A DNA stretch of 64,000 bases from an uncultured bacterium (lineage in GTDB: Bacteria > Verrucomicrobiota > Verrucomicrobiia > Verrucomicrobiales > DEV007), in the NCBI GenBank assembly GCA_963977015.1, contig CAXBMO010000007.1:96001-160000 (forward strand), read 5' to 3'. The position numbers were made by a program, and so were the translations under genes. The notes beneath the pieces were generated by a model. The model saw only the letters and a list, made by a program, of their open reading frames with translations, did not search any database and was not told the DNA's origin. Positions 19,283 to 29,364 of the stretch are shown one piece after another. Within the stretch, counting starts at the first letter, position 1, and each line of letters opens with the position of its first letter.

Positions 19283-20650
19283 ATGCTTCAAAACCTCTTT
19301 GCCGCGACCTGTCTCTGGGCGCTTACTACTGTTGGCCTTTGGGGGCAAAACACCCCGCCAAACATCGTCATGATCATTTCAGATGATCAAAGCTGGACCG
19401 ACTATGGATTCATGGGCCACGACGTCATTCAAACGCCGCATTTGGACGCACTGGCGGCTGAAAGCGCGACGTTCACGAGAGGTTACGTCCCCACGGCTCT
19501 GTGTCGCCCCTCCCTGGTGACGTTGGTCAACGGCCTCTATACGCACCAACACAAGATCAGCGGGAATGATCCTGCTCATTCGCTCGCGGATCCGAAGCGT
19601 CAAAAGGAGAAATATGCCGAGCTGCGAGCCCAGGTGATCTCTCATATCGACCATCAGCCAACGGTTCCGCAGATTCTTGGCAAGAAGGGCTATTTGAGCC
19701 ATCAAAGCGGGAAATGGTGGGAGGGAAATTTCTCCAGGGGAGGATTCACCCACGGAATGACGAGAGGATTCCCCAACCCCGGAGGACGCCATGGCGATGA
19801 CGGCTTGAAGATCGGAAGAACAGGGATGCTTCCCGTTTTCAACTTCATCACGGAAGCAACCATGGAGAAAAAGCCCTTCTTTGTCTGGTATGCGCCGTTT
19901 CTCCCTCACACACCCCACAACCCTCCTCAACACATTCTCGACAAGTATCGTCAACCGGACCGGAGCGAGTTTGTCGCGAAATACTACGCCATGTGTGACT
20001 GGTTTGATGATACCTGCGGGCAGCTTGTCCAGTTTCTGGATGAGAAGAACCTTCGCGAGAACACCTTGATCGTCTATGTGACCGACAATGGCTGGATTCA
20101 GAGCGAGAAAAGTGGCAAATACGCTCCCCGCTCCAAACAAAGCGCCAACGAAGGAGGAACCCGGACTCCAATCATGTTTAACTGGCCAGGGAAGATCAAG
20201 CCAGGTCTACGTTCCGATCTTTGCAGCAGCATCGACATTGTCCCGACCATGCTGAGTGCGGCAGGCGCCAAGATTCCATCCAACCTCCCGGGCCTCGATT
20301 TGATGCCGGTGCTGAAAAGCGGTGCCCCCATTCAACGCGACACCATTTTCGGCGAAGGATTTGCGCACGACATCGCCAACATCGAGACTCCCGAGGACTC
20401 TCTCCTGTATCGTTGGGCTATCGAAGGGAAATGGAAGCTTCTACTGACCTACGATGGCAAGGTTGGACGTTATGCTTCTTCCCACCCTCGTTCAGAAAAG
20501 CGCCCACAACTTTATGATGTTCTTTCCGATCCCGACGAAACGGTGAACGTCGCCAGCCAACATCCAGAGGTCGTTGCCCGATTGGCGAAGAAGTTGCAGA
20601 ACTGGTGGCCGGTTAAGGAGCGCAAGACAATCTCCGAGTGGAAGGAATAG
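19283..20650 (+). CDS. Sulfatase (S1 family), secreted
   Basis: PNIVMIISDD, CRPSL variant of the active-site motif, GKWW, TDNG; signal peptide; start inferred. Confidence 0.88.
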   Translation: MLQNLFAATCLWALTTVGLWGQNTPPNIVMIISDDQSWTDYGFMGHDVIQTPHLDALAAESATFTRGYVPTALCRPSLVTLVNGLYTHQHKISGNDPAHSLADPKRQKEKYAELRAQVISHIDHQPTVPQILGKKGYLSHQSGKWWEGNFSRGGFTHGMTRGFPNPGGRHGDDGLKIGRTGMLPVFNFITEATMEKKPFFVWYAPFLPHTPHNPPQHILDKYRQPDRSEFVAKYYAMCDWFDDTCGQLVQFLDEKNLRENTLIVYVTDNGWIQSEKSGKYAPRSKQSANEGGTRTPIMFNWPGKIKPGLRSDLCSSIDIVPTMLSAAGAKIPSNLPGLDLMPVLKSGAPIQRDTIFGEGFAHDIANIETPEDSLLYRWAIEGKWKLLLTYDGKVGRYASSHPRSEKRPQLYDVLSDPDETVNVASQHPEVVARLAKKLQNWWPVKERKTISEWKE

Positions 20651-20761
20651 GTCCAAATTTCCAAGGACGCTACGATCCCGTCAACCACGCGAGCATTCGC
20701 GGCTTTCCGGTGCCGTACATCTGGTAAAATTTGGTAGGTTATCGCGACCGTCCATCGATAC

Positions 20762-20792
20762 AAAAAGGCCTCTCCTGAATTCAGGAGAGGCC
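20762..20792 (-). terminator. Intrinsic terminator between convergent genes
   Basis: Perfect palindrome GGCCTCTCCTGAATTCAGGAGAGGCC followed by T5 on the - strand. Confidence 0.85.
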
Positions 20793-20835
20793 GCTTGAGA
20801 AAGATCTATTGGCCTGACTCAACGCTGAACGACGG

Positions 20836-22197
20836 TCACAGTGACCAGCCGTCCCGATAATCGTGGTTCGCCCACTTATCGACATCCGCGTTGCCGGTCT
20901 TCATCGTTTCAGGGTCGTACGACACTTTGGTGCCATCGCCAGCCAAGGCTGCGTTGCAACCAACGAGCATCAACTCAGTCAGGTGGGAACCGACATCGAA
21001 ATTGGATTTCGCCATGCTGGGATCTCCCGCCTTGCAGCCTTCGACCCACTCTTTGTAGTGGCCAGGAGAACGCTCCTCGGTCTTCTCCGGCTGCTGGAAC
21101 GAATCCTTGTTCGTGAGAATGCGCGGGGCACCACCGTGGCTGCCATGCATCATGACGTGTTTGCTACCGTAGTAGACACATCCGTTGGAGATGTTCTTTT
21201 CGAGATTACCGTCCTTGTCTTTGCCGTCCAAACCAGGAGGACGAGGAATTTGATAGGTCTTGCCGTCGAACCAGACCAACTTGATGGCGGGACGATCAGC
21301 CGTAGCCGCGAAATGATACGTGATTTTGCAGGAACGCGGATGGGTGTACAACTCGCTGCCAGGGGTCTGGCGATCGATTTTCACCTCCACGGTTTCCGGC
21401 ATTCCCAGCCCAAAGGCCCATACCGGGTGATCAATGATGTGGGCCCCCATGTCGCCGAGAGCACCAGTGCCGTAATCGATATATCCTCTCCACTTGAATG
21501 GAGCAATTCCGTCTGCATAAGGCTTGAATTCGACGGGTCCAATCCAGAGATCCCAATTGATGTTGTCTGGAGCGGGTTTGGCCGGGCCGCGCAGAACATC
21601 CTGAGGCCAGACCGGGCGGTTCGTCACACAATGGATCTCCGTAATTTCCCCAAGTGAGCCAGAGCGGATGTATTCGTTCGTCCGCCTTGCTCCTTCAGCA
21701 GCATGCCCGGTATTGCCCATTTGCGTGACTACTCCAGCTTCGCGAGCAGCATCGCGGAGGGCGCGCGCTTCGGAAATCGTGCGGGTCAGCGGTTTTTCAC
21801 AGTAAACATGTTTGCCCAATTTCAGGGCCGCCATGGCAGCTACGGCATGGGTGTGATCCGGTGTCGAAACCACAACCCCATCAATGTTGTCGGCCTCTTT
21901 CTCCAACATCTCACGATAGTCCGTGTAGAATTTGGCCTGCGGGTTTTCTCCAACCTTCTTCGCGCTCTTGGCTGTATCAACGTCACAAAGTGCATAGATG
22001 TTCGCGCCCGCAGATTTGCAGCCGTTGATATTCGCTTCGGCACGGCCACCTGCGCCAACGAATGCGAGATTCAACTTCTCATTCGGCGACTGGCTGAAGA
22101 CGTGACTTGGCAGGATCTGAATCGACGCCGCCGTTGCAACGGAAGTTCCGAGGAAGTGACGGCGGGAGAGTTTGGAAGGTTGGGTTTTATTCGACAT
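20836..22197 (-). CDS. Tat-exported Gfo/Idh/MocA oxidoreductase
   Basis: SRRHFL twin-arginine signal, STPDHTH, HVYCEKPL, GALGDMGAH. Confidence 0.9.
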   Translation of the reverse strand: MSNKTQPSKLSRRHFLGTSVATAASIQILPSHVFSQSPNEKLNLAFVGAGGRAEANINGCKSAGANIYALCDVDTAKSAKKVGENPQAKFYTDYREMLEKEADNIDGVVVSTPDHTHAVAAMAALKLGKHVYCEKPLTRTISEARALRDAAREAGVVTQMGNTGHAAEGARRTNEYIRSGSLGEITEIHCVTNRPVWPQDVLRGPAKPAPDNINWDLWIGPVEFKPYADGIAPFKWRGYIDYGTGALGDMGAHIIDHPVWAFGLGMPETVEVKIDRQTPGSELYTHPRSCKITYHFAATADRPAIKLVWFDGKTYQIPRPPGLDGKDKDGNLEKNISNGCVYYGSKHVMMHGSHGGAPRILTNKDSFQQPEKTEERSPGHYKEWVEGCKAGDPSMAKSNFDVGSHLTELMLVGCNAALAGDGTKVSYDPETMKTGNADVDKWANHDYRDGWSL

Positions 22198-22243
22198 AGG
22201 TAATTTTTCAAGGTTAGGCTCGATCGAGCAGCCTACCCAACCT

Positions 22244-22819
22244 ATGGAACCCATTCTTGTCAAACACAGCAAATTCCTCAGTTTGGTTTTGCGCCACCAC
22301 CCGGAATCCATCGGGCTGACGCTCGATGAAAACGGATGGGCCCGGGTTGAGGATCTCTTGGAACAAATGAACAAATCCGGACGCTCGATCGACCGGAAAA
22401 CCTTGCTCCGAGTGGTCGCCACCAATGAAAAACAACGCTTTGCGATCAGTGACGATGGACTTCGAATCCGGGCTAACCAAGGGCACTCTTTCCCGGTTGA
22501 CCTGGCGCTTGAGCCGCAAACGCCGCCTGATTGCCTGTGTCACGGAACGGCGGAGCGAAATCTGGATTCCATCCTGGAGCGCGGAATTTTGCCAGGGCAA
22601 CGCCAACAGGTCCACCTCAGCAAAAACCATGAAACCGCTCTCAAGGTCGGGATGCGGCATGGCAGACCAATCGTCCTCATGGTGGATTCCGGGACCATGC
22701 ACCAACAGGGGCACGAATTCTTCCTATCCGAGAACGGAGTCTGGCTCACAGAGAGCGTCCCACCGGAATTCGTTAGCATCCAAACGGACGAACAACAAAG
22801 TCAGACCAACTTTACATAG
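22244..22819 (+). CDS. kptA: RNA 2'-phosphotransferase (Tpt1/KptA)
   Basis: SKFLSLVLRH, KQRF, IRANQGHS, HGT, RQQVHLS, SENGVWL. Confidence 0.93.
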   Translation: MEPILVKHSKFLSLVLRHHPESIGLTLDENGWARVEDLLEQMNKSGRSIDRKTLLRVVATNEKQRFAISDDGLRIRANQGHSFPVDLALEPQTPPDCLCHGTAERNLDSILERGILPGQRQQVHLSKNHETALKVGMRHGRPIVLMVDSGTMHQQGHEFFLSENGVWLTESVPPEFVSIQTDEQQSQTNFT

Positions 22820-24279
22820 GGCATCAGCCCCTGAAGGCCACCTTCCCGCCCAAAGCCACTCTCTTTGTAACCTCCAAATGGACTCGCCGGATCAAACTGG
22901 TTGAACGTGTTCGCCCAAATGATTCCGGCCTTGAGTTCCTGAGCCATTTTGAGAATCCGGCTGCCTTTCTGGGTCCAAACGCCGGCGCTAAGCCCATAAA
23001 ACGTGTTGTTGGCGCGCTGGACGGCCTCATCCGGCGTCCGAAAGGTCAGAACACTGAGGACAGGCCCAAAAATCTCTTCCTGCGCTACGCGATGGGACGC
23101 GGTCACCCCCGTAAAAAAGCTCGGCTTGAACCAAAATCCGGAATCCGGAAGATCACAGTTGGATTGGATCAACTGCGCCCCCTCTTCCTCGCCAGCTGCG
23201 ACCAATTCCTGAATCCGCACGAGCTGCTCGCCAGAGTTGATCGCGCCAACATCCGTGTTCTTGTCGAGCGGATTCCCCACGCGCAGGGTTCGCAGCCGGT
23301 TGGTGAGCAGGCGAACGACCTCGTCATGAATTCCTTCCTGAACGAGCAGGCGACTGCCAGCACAACACACGTGACCTTGATTGAAGTAGATTCCGTTGAT
23401 GATCCCCTCAACCGCCTGATCGAGAGGCGCATCTTCAAACACGATATTGGCGGCCTTGCCACCCAGCTCAAGCGTGAGGCGCTTCTCCGTCGGAGCAATG
23501 GCTTTGGCGATCTTCTTCCCGACTTCAGTCGATCCGGTAAACGCGATCTTGTCGATATCCGGATGACCAACAATCATTTCCCCAACGTCCCCAGCTCCGG
23601 TCACGATATTGACGACCCCTTTGGGCAACCCGGCATCCCGGAAAATTTCGGCAAGATGCAGCGCAGTGATCGAAGTGGTCTCCGCGGGTTTGATGACGAC
23701 CGTATTTCCGCAGGCAAGGGCTGGAGCAATCTTCCAAGCCATCATGAGCAAGGGGAAATTCCACGGAATGATCTGGCCGGCAACTCCAAGGGGCTTGGCC
23801 TTTTGCGGCCCCGGGAACGCGTAATCCAGTTTGTCCGCCCAGCCCGCGTAGTAGAAGAAGTGCGCAGCGACCAACGGCAGATCAATATCACGGCTCTCCT
23901 TGATCGGCTTGCCATTGTCCATCGTCTCCAGAATGGCAAGTTCCCTGGCCCGCTCCTGAATCATTCGGGCGATCCGAAAGAGATACTTCCCACGTTCACG
24001 AGGCGAAGTTTTGCCCCACTTGCCTTTGTAGGCGGCCCTCGCCGCCGCAACCGCAGCATCGACATCCAGATTGCCCGCCCTGGCGATTTTTGAGAGCGGC
24101 TTTCCGGTTGCCGGATTGATCGTCTCAAACGTCTTCCCGCTCTTCGCAGGGACGAATTCACCGTTGATCCATAAATCGTAGGATTTCCGAAGCGGGACAG
24201 GGGTCGTTTCCGGTGCGGGATCGTAATCCCATGCTGAACCAAAATTCAGCGAGTGTTCTGAGGTGACTGGCTCGTGCAT
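22801..24279 (-). CDS. NAD-dependent aldehyde dehydrogenase
   Basis: IIPWNFP, FTGSTEVG, LELGGK, GHVCCAGS, EEIFGP, PFGGYKESG. Confidence 0.93.
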   Translation of the reverse strand: MHEPVTSEHSLNFGSAWDYDPAPETTPVPLRKSYDLWINGEFVPAKSGKTFETINPATGKPLSKIARAGNLDVDAAVAAARAAYKGKWGKTSPRERGKYLFRIARMIQERARELAILETMDNGKPIKESRDIDLPLVAAHFFYYAGWADKLDYAFPGPQKAKPLGVAGQIIPWNFPLLMMAWKIAPALACGNTVVIKPAETTSITALHLAEIFRDAGLPKGVVNIVTGAGDVGEMIVGHPDIDKIAFTGSTEVGKKIAKAIAPTEKRLTLELGGKAANIVFEDAPLDQAVEGIINGIYFNQGHVCCAGSRLLVQEGIHDEVVRLLTNRLRTLRVGNPLDKNTDVGAINSGEQLVRIQELVAAGEEEGAQLIQSNCDLPDSGFWFKPSFFTGVTASHRVAQEEIFGPVLSVLTFRTPDEAVQRANNTFYGLSAGVWTQKGSRILKMAQELKAGIIWANTFNQFDPASPFGGYKESGFGREGGLQGLMPYVKLV

Positions 24280-24335
24280 GATTGTCGGGCACGGCCAGTA
24301 AAGCCCAACTTGAGAAGGAGAACAACTTTGAAGGT

Positions 24336-24920
24336 CTAGGCGACTTTGGCCAAACTCCCCACATTTAGCACCGGCTTCCGATAACTCGCGGTGGTACCTG
24401 ATTGCACATCACTTCCGACAACTGCGTTGAACACGAGATCCGTTCCGGATACGAAAGCGGGATACATGATCGACTCCCCCTCAATAAACACCGTACAAAT
24501 GTGATTCTTCCCAAACTTCTGGATGCGAAGCTCACAATGGAGGGGGCGGGTTGGCAACACTGGTGTCGCCGTCAAATAGCCCAGGGGTCCCATTCCATTC
24601 AGCACATCAAGAATGGTTCCGGAGCAGGGATCGATCGCAATGGCAATGCCCTTGCTGAATTCCGGATTCACCAACCCACAGAGTAACGACTGCCGGGGTT
24701 GATCTTGGCGTAGTTCCACCTTGAAATCGATTTCCGCCGTAAAAGCGGCGACTCGAGCTTCTTCAAGAATATTGATGCCGTAGGCGTCAGGCAATAAACG
24801 ATGAATCGAGTTGGCGGTCTTCATGAAGCGATTTGAGTTGGAGGCGGTTACACTGGCGTGCGTTGTGGAGTTGTTCGAAAACGGAAGAATCTTCGAAGTT
24901 TGAGAGCGTGAAGAAGTCAT
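24336..24920 (-). CDS. Hypothetical protein (start may be 24824)
   Basis: 194-aa ORF filling the space between genes; beta-rich; no family recognised. Confidence 0.6.
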   Translation of the reverse strand: MTSSRSQTSKILPFSNNSTTHASVTASNSNRFMKTANSIHRLLPDAYGINILEEARVAAFTAEIDFKVELRQDQPRQSLLCGLVNPEFSKGIAIAIDPCSGTILDVLNGMGPLGYLTATPVLPTRPLHCELRIQKFGKNHICTVFIEGESIMYPAFVSGTDLVFNAVVGSDVQSGTTASYRKPVLNVGSLAKVA

Positions 24921-25126
24921 GAGTTAATGGAGAAGGTCTGGATCTGAGACGCAATAAATAAAAAGACCACCCATAATAACCAAACTAAAAGAATTATCCA
25001 GATTATTGTTAACAAATATTAGTAGTCGACCTTGCACAACAAACTCAGCTCCCGGGGGGATCTGCCATCCCTGTTCAAGCCGATTCTCAATTGGACGGAA
25101 ACCGAGTTTTGGGACATAGGAACCTT

Positions 25127-26389
25127 ATGAGAAACCCCTTGCCTCTGCTAATTGCGATCATCCTAGGCATTTTTGGCGCGACCAGTTTTGCTCAAGAGTG
25201 GACTCGTTTCCGAGGCCCCGGGGGCAGCGGAATCAGTAAAACGGAAACCATTCCGGCCAAGTTCACGATTGTTGACTATGATTGGAAAGTCACGCTCCCC
25301 GGAGTTGGCCACTCCTCTCCGGTCGTATGGGGTGATCAGGTCTTTCTGACCGTTGTTACGGGCGGCACCCAACGCGAAGTCATCAGCTACGACTCGGATG
25401 ACGGCTCACAAATCTGGAGTTGGGCCTCTGACTTCGTGCCCCATAACAAACATCGCGACAATGAGTTTGCGTCTTCCACCCCCTGCCTGGATCCAAACCA
25501 TCTCTACATTTTTTGGACCTCCGATGAAAAGGCCGAGGTCATTGCCCTGACCCATGGTGGCAAACCAGCCTGGCAAACTTCTCTGGGGACCTTTGCCGGT
25601 GATCATGGCAGCGCGACTTCTCCCATTCTGGTCAACGGTGGTGTGTTCGTCTTCTGGGATGACCTCAACAATACCCAGACTGAATTCGCATTGCTCAATC
25701 CAACGGATGGAAGCGAGATTTGGCGCAAGTTGATCGACTGGGACGATCGTCAACTGAAGTCAACCTACAGCACACCAGTGCTTTATCAGAACAGCAAAGG
25801 AACACAGGAAATCATCATCACCAGCCAACCCTTTGGAATGCTGAGCCTCGATCCGGCCAATGGCGACGAACTATGGCGATATGATCATGGCTTCAAGGCG
25901 CGGACGGTCGGCTCTCCCGTCGTAGCAGACAAGGTCATCTTTGCCACATGGGGTTCTGGAAACGGTGCCAAGGACCATGTCGCCGTGATTCCGGGAACCG
26001 AGACCAAAGACGGGAAACCGAAAGTTGCCTGGCGCTGGGACAACAACAAGGGCCTCCCCTACGTTCCAACTCCGCTCTATCGTGATGGTCTGCTTTTCTT
26101 CTGGAAAGATGACGGCCTGCTCCAAGTCGTAAAATCTGCTTCTGGGGAAGTCGTACATGGCCCGACCAGAATTGGCGGCCGTTTTTTCAGTAATCCGATC
26201 ATGATCGATGACAAGATTTATTGTGGGAGCCGCGATTTGAATGAAATGGTCGTGGTAAGAGCCAGTGGAGATTATGAAGTGCTGGCACGCAATCAGTTGG
26301 ATTCAGGAGTCAATGCCACGCCCGCAGTGGCCAATGGAAAGCTGTTTATCCGGACCAATGAGAGTCTGATTGCCGTGGGAAGCCACTAA
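25127..26389 (+). CDS. PQQ-like beta-propeller protein (BamB-like), secreted
   Basis: WTRFRGP, GHSSPVVWGD, YSTP, ATPAVANGKLFIRT. Confidence 0.9.
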   Translation: MRNPLPLLIAIILGIFGATSFAQEWTRFRGPGGSGISKTETIPAKFTIVDYDWKVTLPGVGHSSPVVWGDQVFLTVVTGGTQREVISYDSDDGSQIWSWASDFVPHNKHRDNEFASSTPCLDPNHLYIFWTSDEKAEVIALTHGGKPAWQTSLGTFAGDHGSATSPILVNGGVFVFWDDLNNTQTEFALLNPTDGSEIWRKLIDWDDRQLKSTYSTPVLYQNSKGTQEIIITSQPFGMLSLDPANGDELWRYDHGFKARTVGSPVVADKVIFATWGSGNGAKDHVAVIPGTETKDGKPKVAWRWDNNKGLPYVPTPLYRDGLLFFWKDDGLLQVVKSASGEVVHGPTRIGGRFFSNPIMIDDKIYCGSRDLNEMVVVRASGDYEVLARNQLDSGVNATPAVANGKLFIRTNESLIAVGSH

Positions 26390-26411
26390 CCCTACGTCCG
26401 GAATTCGGTGA

Positions 26412-26440
26412 TTGACCCCATGAAGCCCGCCCGTCATACT
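26412..26440 (+). promoter_or_regulatory. Sigma70-type promoter of the histidine kinase
   Basis: TTGACC-N17-CATACT, 10 nt before the ATG. Confidence 0.55.
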
Positions 26441-26450
26441 GGCAGGCTCA

Positions 26451-27692
26451 ATGGATTGTTCTGATCCATCACTTACGCCTCAGGCTCCACTCCGTCGTCC
26501 TTCCATGCTCGACGCGGTCATCGACAGCCTGCCGATCGCAATTTTCTGCAAGAACGCATCGGAAGACTTCCGGTTTGTCCTCTGGAACAAAATGCAGGAG
26601 GAAGTAACGGGAATCCCTCGCGAGAAGGCGCTGGGTTTCACCGATTTCGACCTCTTTCCACGATCGGAAGCGGAAGGGTTTCGCGCCATGGATGAGCACG
26701 TGGTTCTCACCGGAGCCACGGTCGAAATTCCGGCAGAGGAGGTGCAAACAGGGGCAGGAAAAACAATCTGGCTTCACACGGTCAAGGTTCAGGTGGAAGA
26801 CCCGGCGCTAGGCAAAAACCTTCTCCTGGGAATGAGCGAGGATGTCACCGAACGACGCCTGCTCAATGACCACCTCGACCGCAAAAGCGCCGAATTGGAA
26901 TCCACCCAGCTGCAATTGATTCAGGCCGAAAAAATGGAATCGATCGGCCGCCTGGCCGCCGGCGTCGCCCATGAGGTGAAGAACCCGTTGGCGCTTCTCT
27001 TGATGGGGGTTGAATATCTTGACGGGGGTGTGAAACCGGGAGATCCCAACCTTCCCGAAATCATCGAGGAAATGCGGGAAGCCATCCACCGGGCAGACAA
27101 GATCATTCGCGGCCTGGTCGATTTCTCCTCATCCGGTAAGCTCACTCTGACTCGGCAGGACATTCGCCCCGTGATCGACCAGGCTCTCTTGCTGGTTCGC
27201 CACGAACTGCTCCGAGCCGGAGCGACCGTCAATACTCGCTACCAGCCGGACCTTCCAGACGTCCGTCTCGACGCCGCCAAGTTTGAGCAGGTCATTGTCA
27301 ATCTCTTGATCAACGCACTTCACGCCCTGAAGGATACGGAGCAACCCGAACTCGATATCGCGATCTGGTCGGTTCAAGCCGGTGCCGATGACTTGGACGA
27401 GGGATCCCGAAGTGTGGATCGGGTTCGTCCCGGAGACGAGGTGGTGATCGTGCAGATCTGCGACAACGGCCCCGGCATTCCGCCGGACAAACTGAATCAA
27501 ATTTTCGAGCCTTTCTTCACCACCAAGCCGACAGGGGTTGGAACGGGTCTCGGTTTAAGCGTGGTGAGAAACATCATTCAACTGCACAAGGGTCGCATCG
27601 AGATCGGAAATCGGCCGGAGGGCGGGGTTCGAGTGGTGATGAGCTTGCGGACTCCGGCTGCCACTTCCGAAGCGATTGACAATATCATCTAA
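26451..27692 (+). CDS. Cytoplasmic PAS-domain histidine kinase (NtrB-like)
   Basis: PAS region, AHEVKNPL H-box, NLLINA, DNGPG, FFTTK, GTGLGL. Confidence 0.93.
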   Translation: MDCSDPSLTPQAPLRRPSMLDAVIDSLPIAIFCKNASEDFRFVLWNKMQEEVTGIPREKALGFTDFDLFPRSEAEGFRAMDEHVVLTGATVEIPAEEVQTGAGKTIWLHTVKVQVEDPALGKNLLLGMSEDVTERRLLNDHLDRKSAELESTQLQLIQAEKMESIGRLAAGVAHEVKNPLALLLMGVEYLDGGVKPGDPNLPEIIEEMREAIHRADKIIRGLVDFSSSGKLTLTRQDIRPVIDQALLLVRHELLRAGATVNTRYQPDLPDVRLDAAKFEQVIVNLLINALHALKDTEQPELDIAIWSVQAGADDLDEGSRSVDRVRPGDEVVIVQICDNGPGIPPDKLNQIFEPFFTTKPTGVGTGLGLSVVRNIIQLHKGRIEIGNRPEGGVRVVMSLRTPAATSEAIDNII

Positions 27693-27710
27693 TCGTCAGA
27701 CAATTCACTC

Positions 27711-28100
27711 ATGATCAAAAAACGTATCCTCCTGGTCGACGATGAAGAAGGCTTCACACGCCTTCTCAAAATGAACCTCGAAAAGACAGGCAAGTTCGAC
27801 GTAATGATCGAAAACCGCTCCACCAAGGCCGCACTCGCAGCAAAACTCTTTCACCCCGATCTGATCCTTCTCGACATCGTCATGCCGGATATGGATGGGG
27901 GTGACGTTGCCTCAATGATCCAATCCGAGCCCGGGTTATCCCAGATCCCGATCGTGATGCTTACCGCCCTTGTCGAGCAGGATGAAACCAGCAGCGGAGC
28001 GGTTGCTCAGGCAGGAACTCTCGATGTTTTGGCCAAGCCCATCAACATGGATGTGATGATGCGCTGCCTCGAAGAAAAGCTGGGAATGAGCTCGGGGTAA
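27711..28100 (+). CDS. Single-domain response regulator
   Basis: ILLVDD, LLDIVMP, MLTA, AKP. Confidence 0.93.
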   Translation: MIKKRILLVDDEEGFTRLLKMNLEKTGKFDVMIENRSTKAALAAKLFHPDLILLDIVMPDMDGGDVASMIQSEPGLSQIPIVMLTALVEQDETSSGAVAQAGTLDVLAKPINMDVMMRCLEEKLGMSSG

Positions 28101-28101
28101 C

Positions 28102-29217
28102 CTAAATCACATTCGACTTTCCAGCCCACTCTTCGTGCCACGCTTTGTAGACCTTGGGTGAGATTTCCGATGGCTTGATCTCACTTCGCCCGCCCCAAAA
28201 AACGTTCTGGTAGAGGACGGGGATTCCCACATCTTCCAAATGCTTATCGATCGCAGCTTTGTGCTGCCGCATGACCTCTTTGTCCGTTCCGTGCACTACC
28301 CCCATAATATTAACGTTGCCAAACTTGGGTCCACCTTCCCGCCAATAGGCGTGGGTCATAATCTCGTGGCGACCAACCTCGCCACCAGCTTTCTCCTGCA
28401 TTCCTTCGGGAACCCGCCAATGAAAAAGGCCGTTGAATCTGGTGACACGCTTTCCTGAGGCCGAGGGTTTAATGTGCTCCAGAAAGGTCGAAAACCGACC
28501 GATCACGCGCTTCTGATCCAGAGTTTCGGCGGTCTTGCAAAACGTCTCGAAATCGACGCCTGCGCGTTCGGCCCGGCCCTGCCAGGGATTGTCGCTGATC
28601 TCGTCAATCGTCAGCTCATCTTTGAGCGCGAGAAGCACTTCCCATTCCAGATCCGTCAAATCCACGATCGAGGTCGTCATCATCTTGGCAGGCTCGGGAG
28701 CACGGGCGCCGAATTCCATCGACTTCCGCCTCACATGCCCCACCCCCAATGCAAAGATGCCCTTCGCCGGCATCAGGATGAATTCTTCTGCCCCCACCAA
28801 CCGAATCAGAGCGTTCCCGTGCTCTTCAAGTGACTCACCTTGCGGAACTTTCAACGTCGTCCAGAGTCTGTATTCGCCGCCAGTCAAACCACGATCCGTC
28901 GAACGGACCACGACGTGACCGCTGAAGGGATCGACCTTCGACATGAATTCAAACGTGGCATCGAGCTTTTCCTCCGGAAGTTTCCAAGCCACCAGTGCGC
29001 CTTCAGCCAATTTGTTCGCCAACAGGGTCTGACGCACCCTCCGGATCACCTTGGCTTCCTGCATCGCCCGAATGCGCTCAATCACCGTATCCAGCGGAAC
29101 GCCGCTATCTTTCGCTATCTGCTGAAAGGGAAAGCGGACAAACCCTTGAATTTTGTCTTCTGAGACCGCAAGAATCTGGTGATTGATGGCTTCGTCGTGT
29201 TCGGTAGGGACACTCAT
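28102..29217 (-). CDS. Fused tandem Lrp/AsnC-fold protein, siroheme decarboxylase-like (AhbA-AhbB/NirDL)
   Basis: Two HTH + AsnC-like repeats; GHVVVR in repeat 1 and THAYWR (HxYxR) in repeat 2. Confidence 0.7.
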   Translation of the reverse strand: MSVPTEHDEAINHQILAVSEDKIQGFVRFPFQQIAKDSGVPLDTVIERIRAMQEAKVIRRVRQTLLANKLAEGALVAWKLPEEKLDATFEFMSKVDPFSGHVVVRSTDRGLTGGEYRLWTTLKVPQGESLEEHGNALIRLVGAEEFILMPAKGIFALGVGHVRRKSMEFGARAPEPAKMMTTSIVDLTDLEWEVLLALKDELTIDEISDNPWQGRAERAGVDFETFCKTAETLDQKRVIGRFSTFLEHIKPSASGKRVTRFNGLFHWRVPEGMQEKAGGEVGRHEIMTHAYWREGGPKFGNVNIMGVVHGTDKEVMRQHKAAIDKHLEDVGIPVLYQNVFWGGRSEIKPSEISPKVYKAWHEEWAGKSNVI

Positions 29218-29364
29218 GGACGCGCAGGCTAGGCCATGAGGGAACGAAGTTCAACTGTTGAGCAACTGATGCCTGCTCTCCGCCAATTGCGTGGGAATGC
29301 CGCGACCCCCTTTCCCGCGATTTGACAGTTTACGTGCTGCGACTGCCTGACTAAAGTCGGCCCG

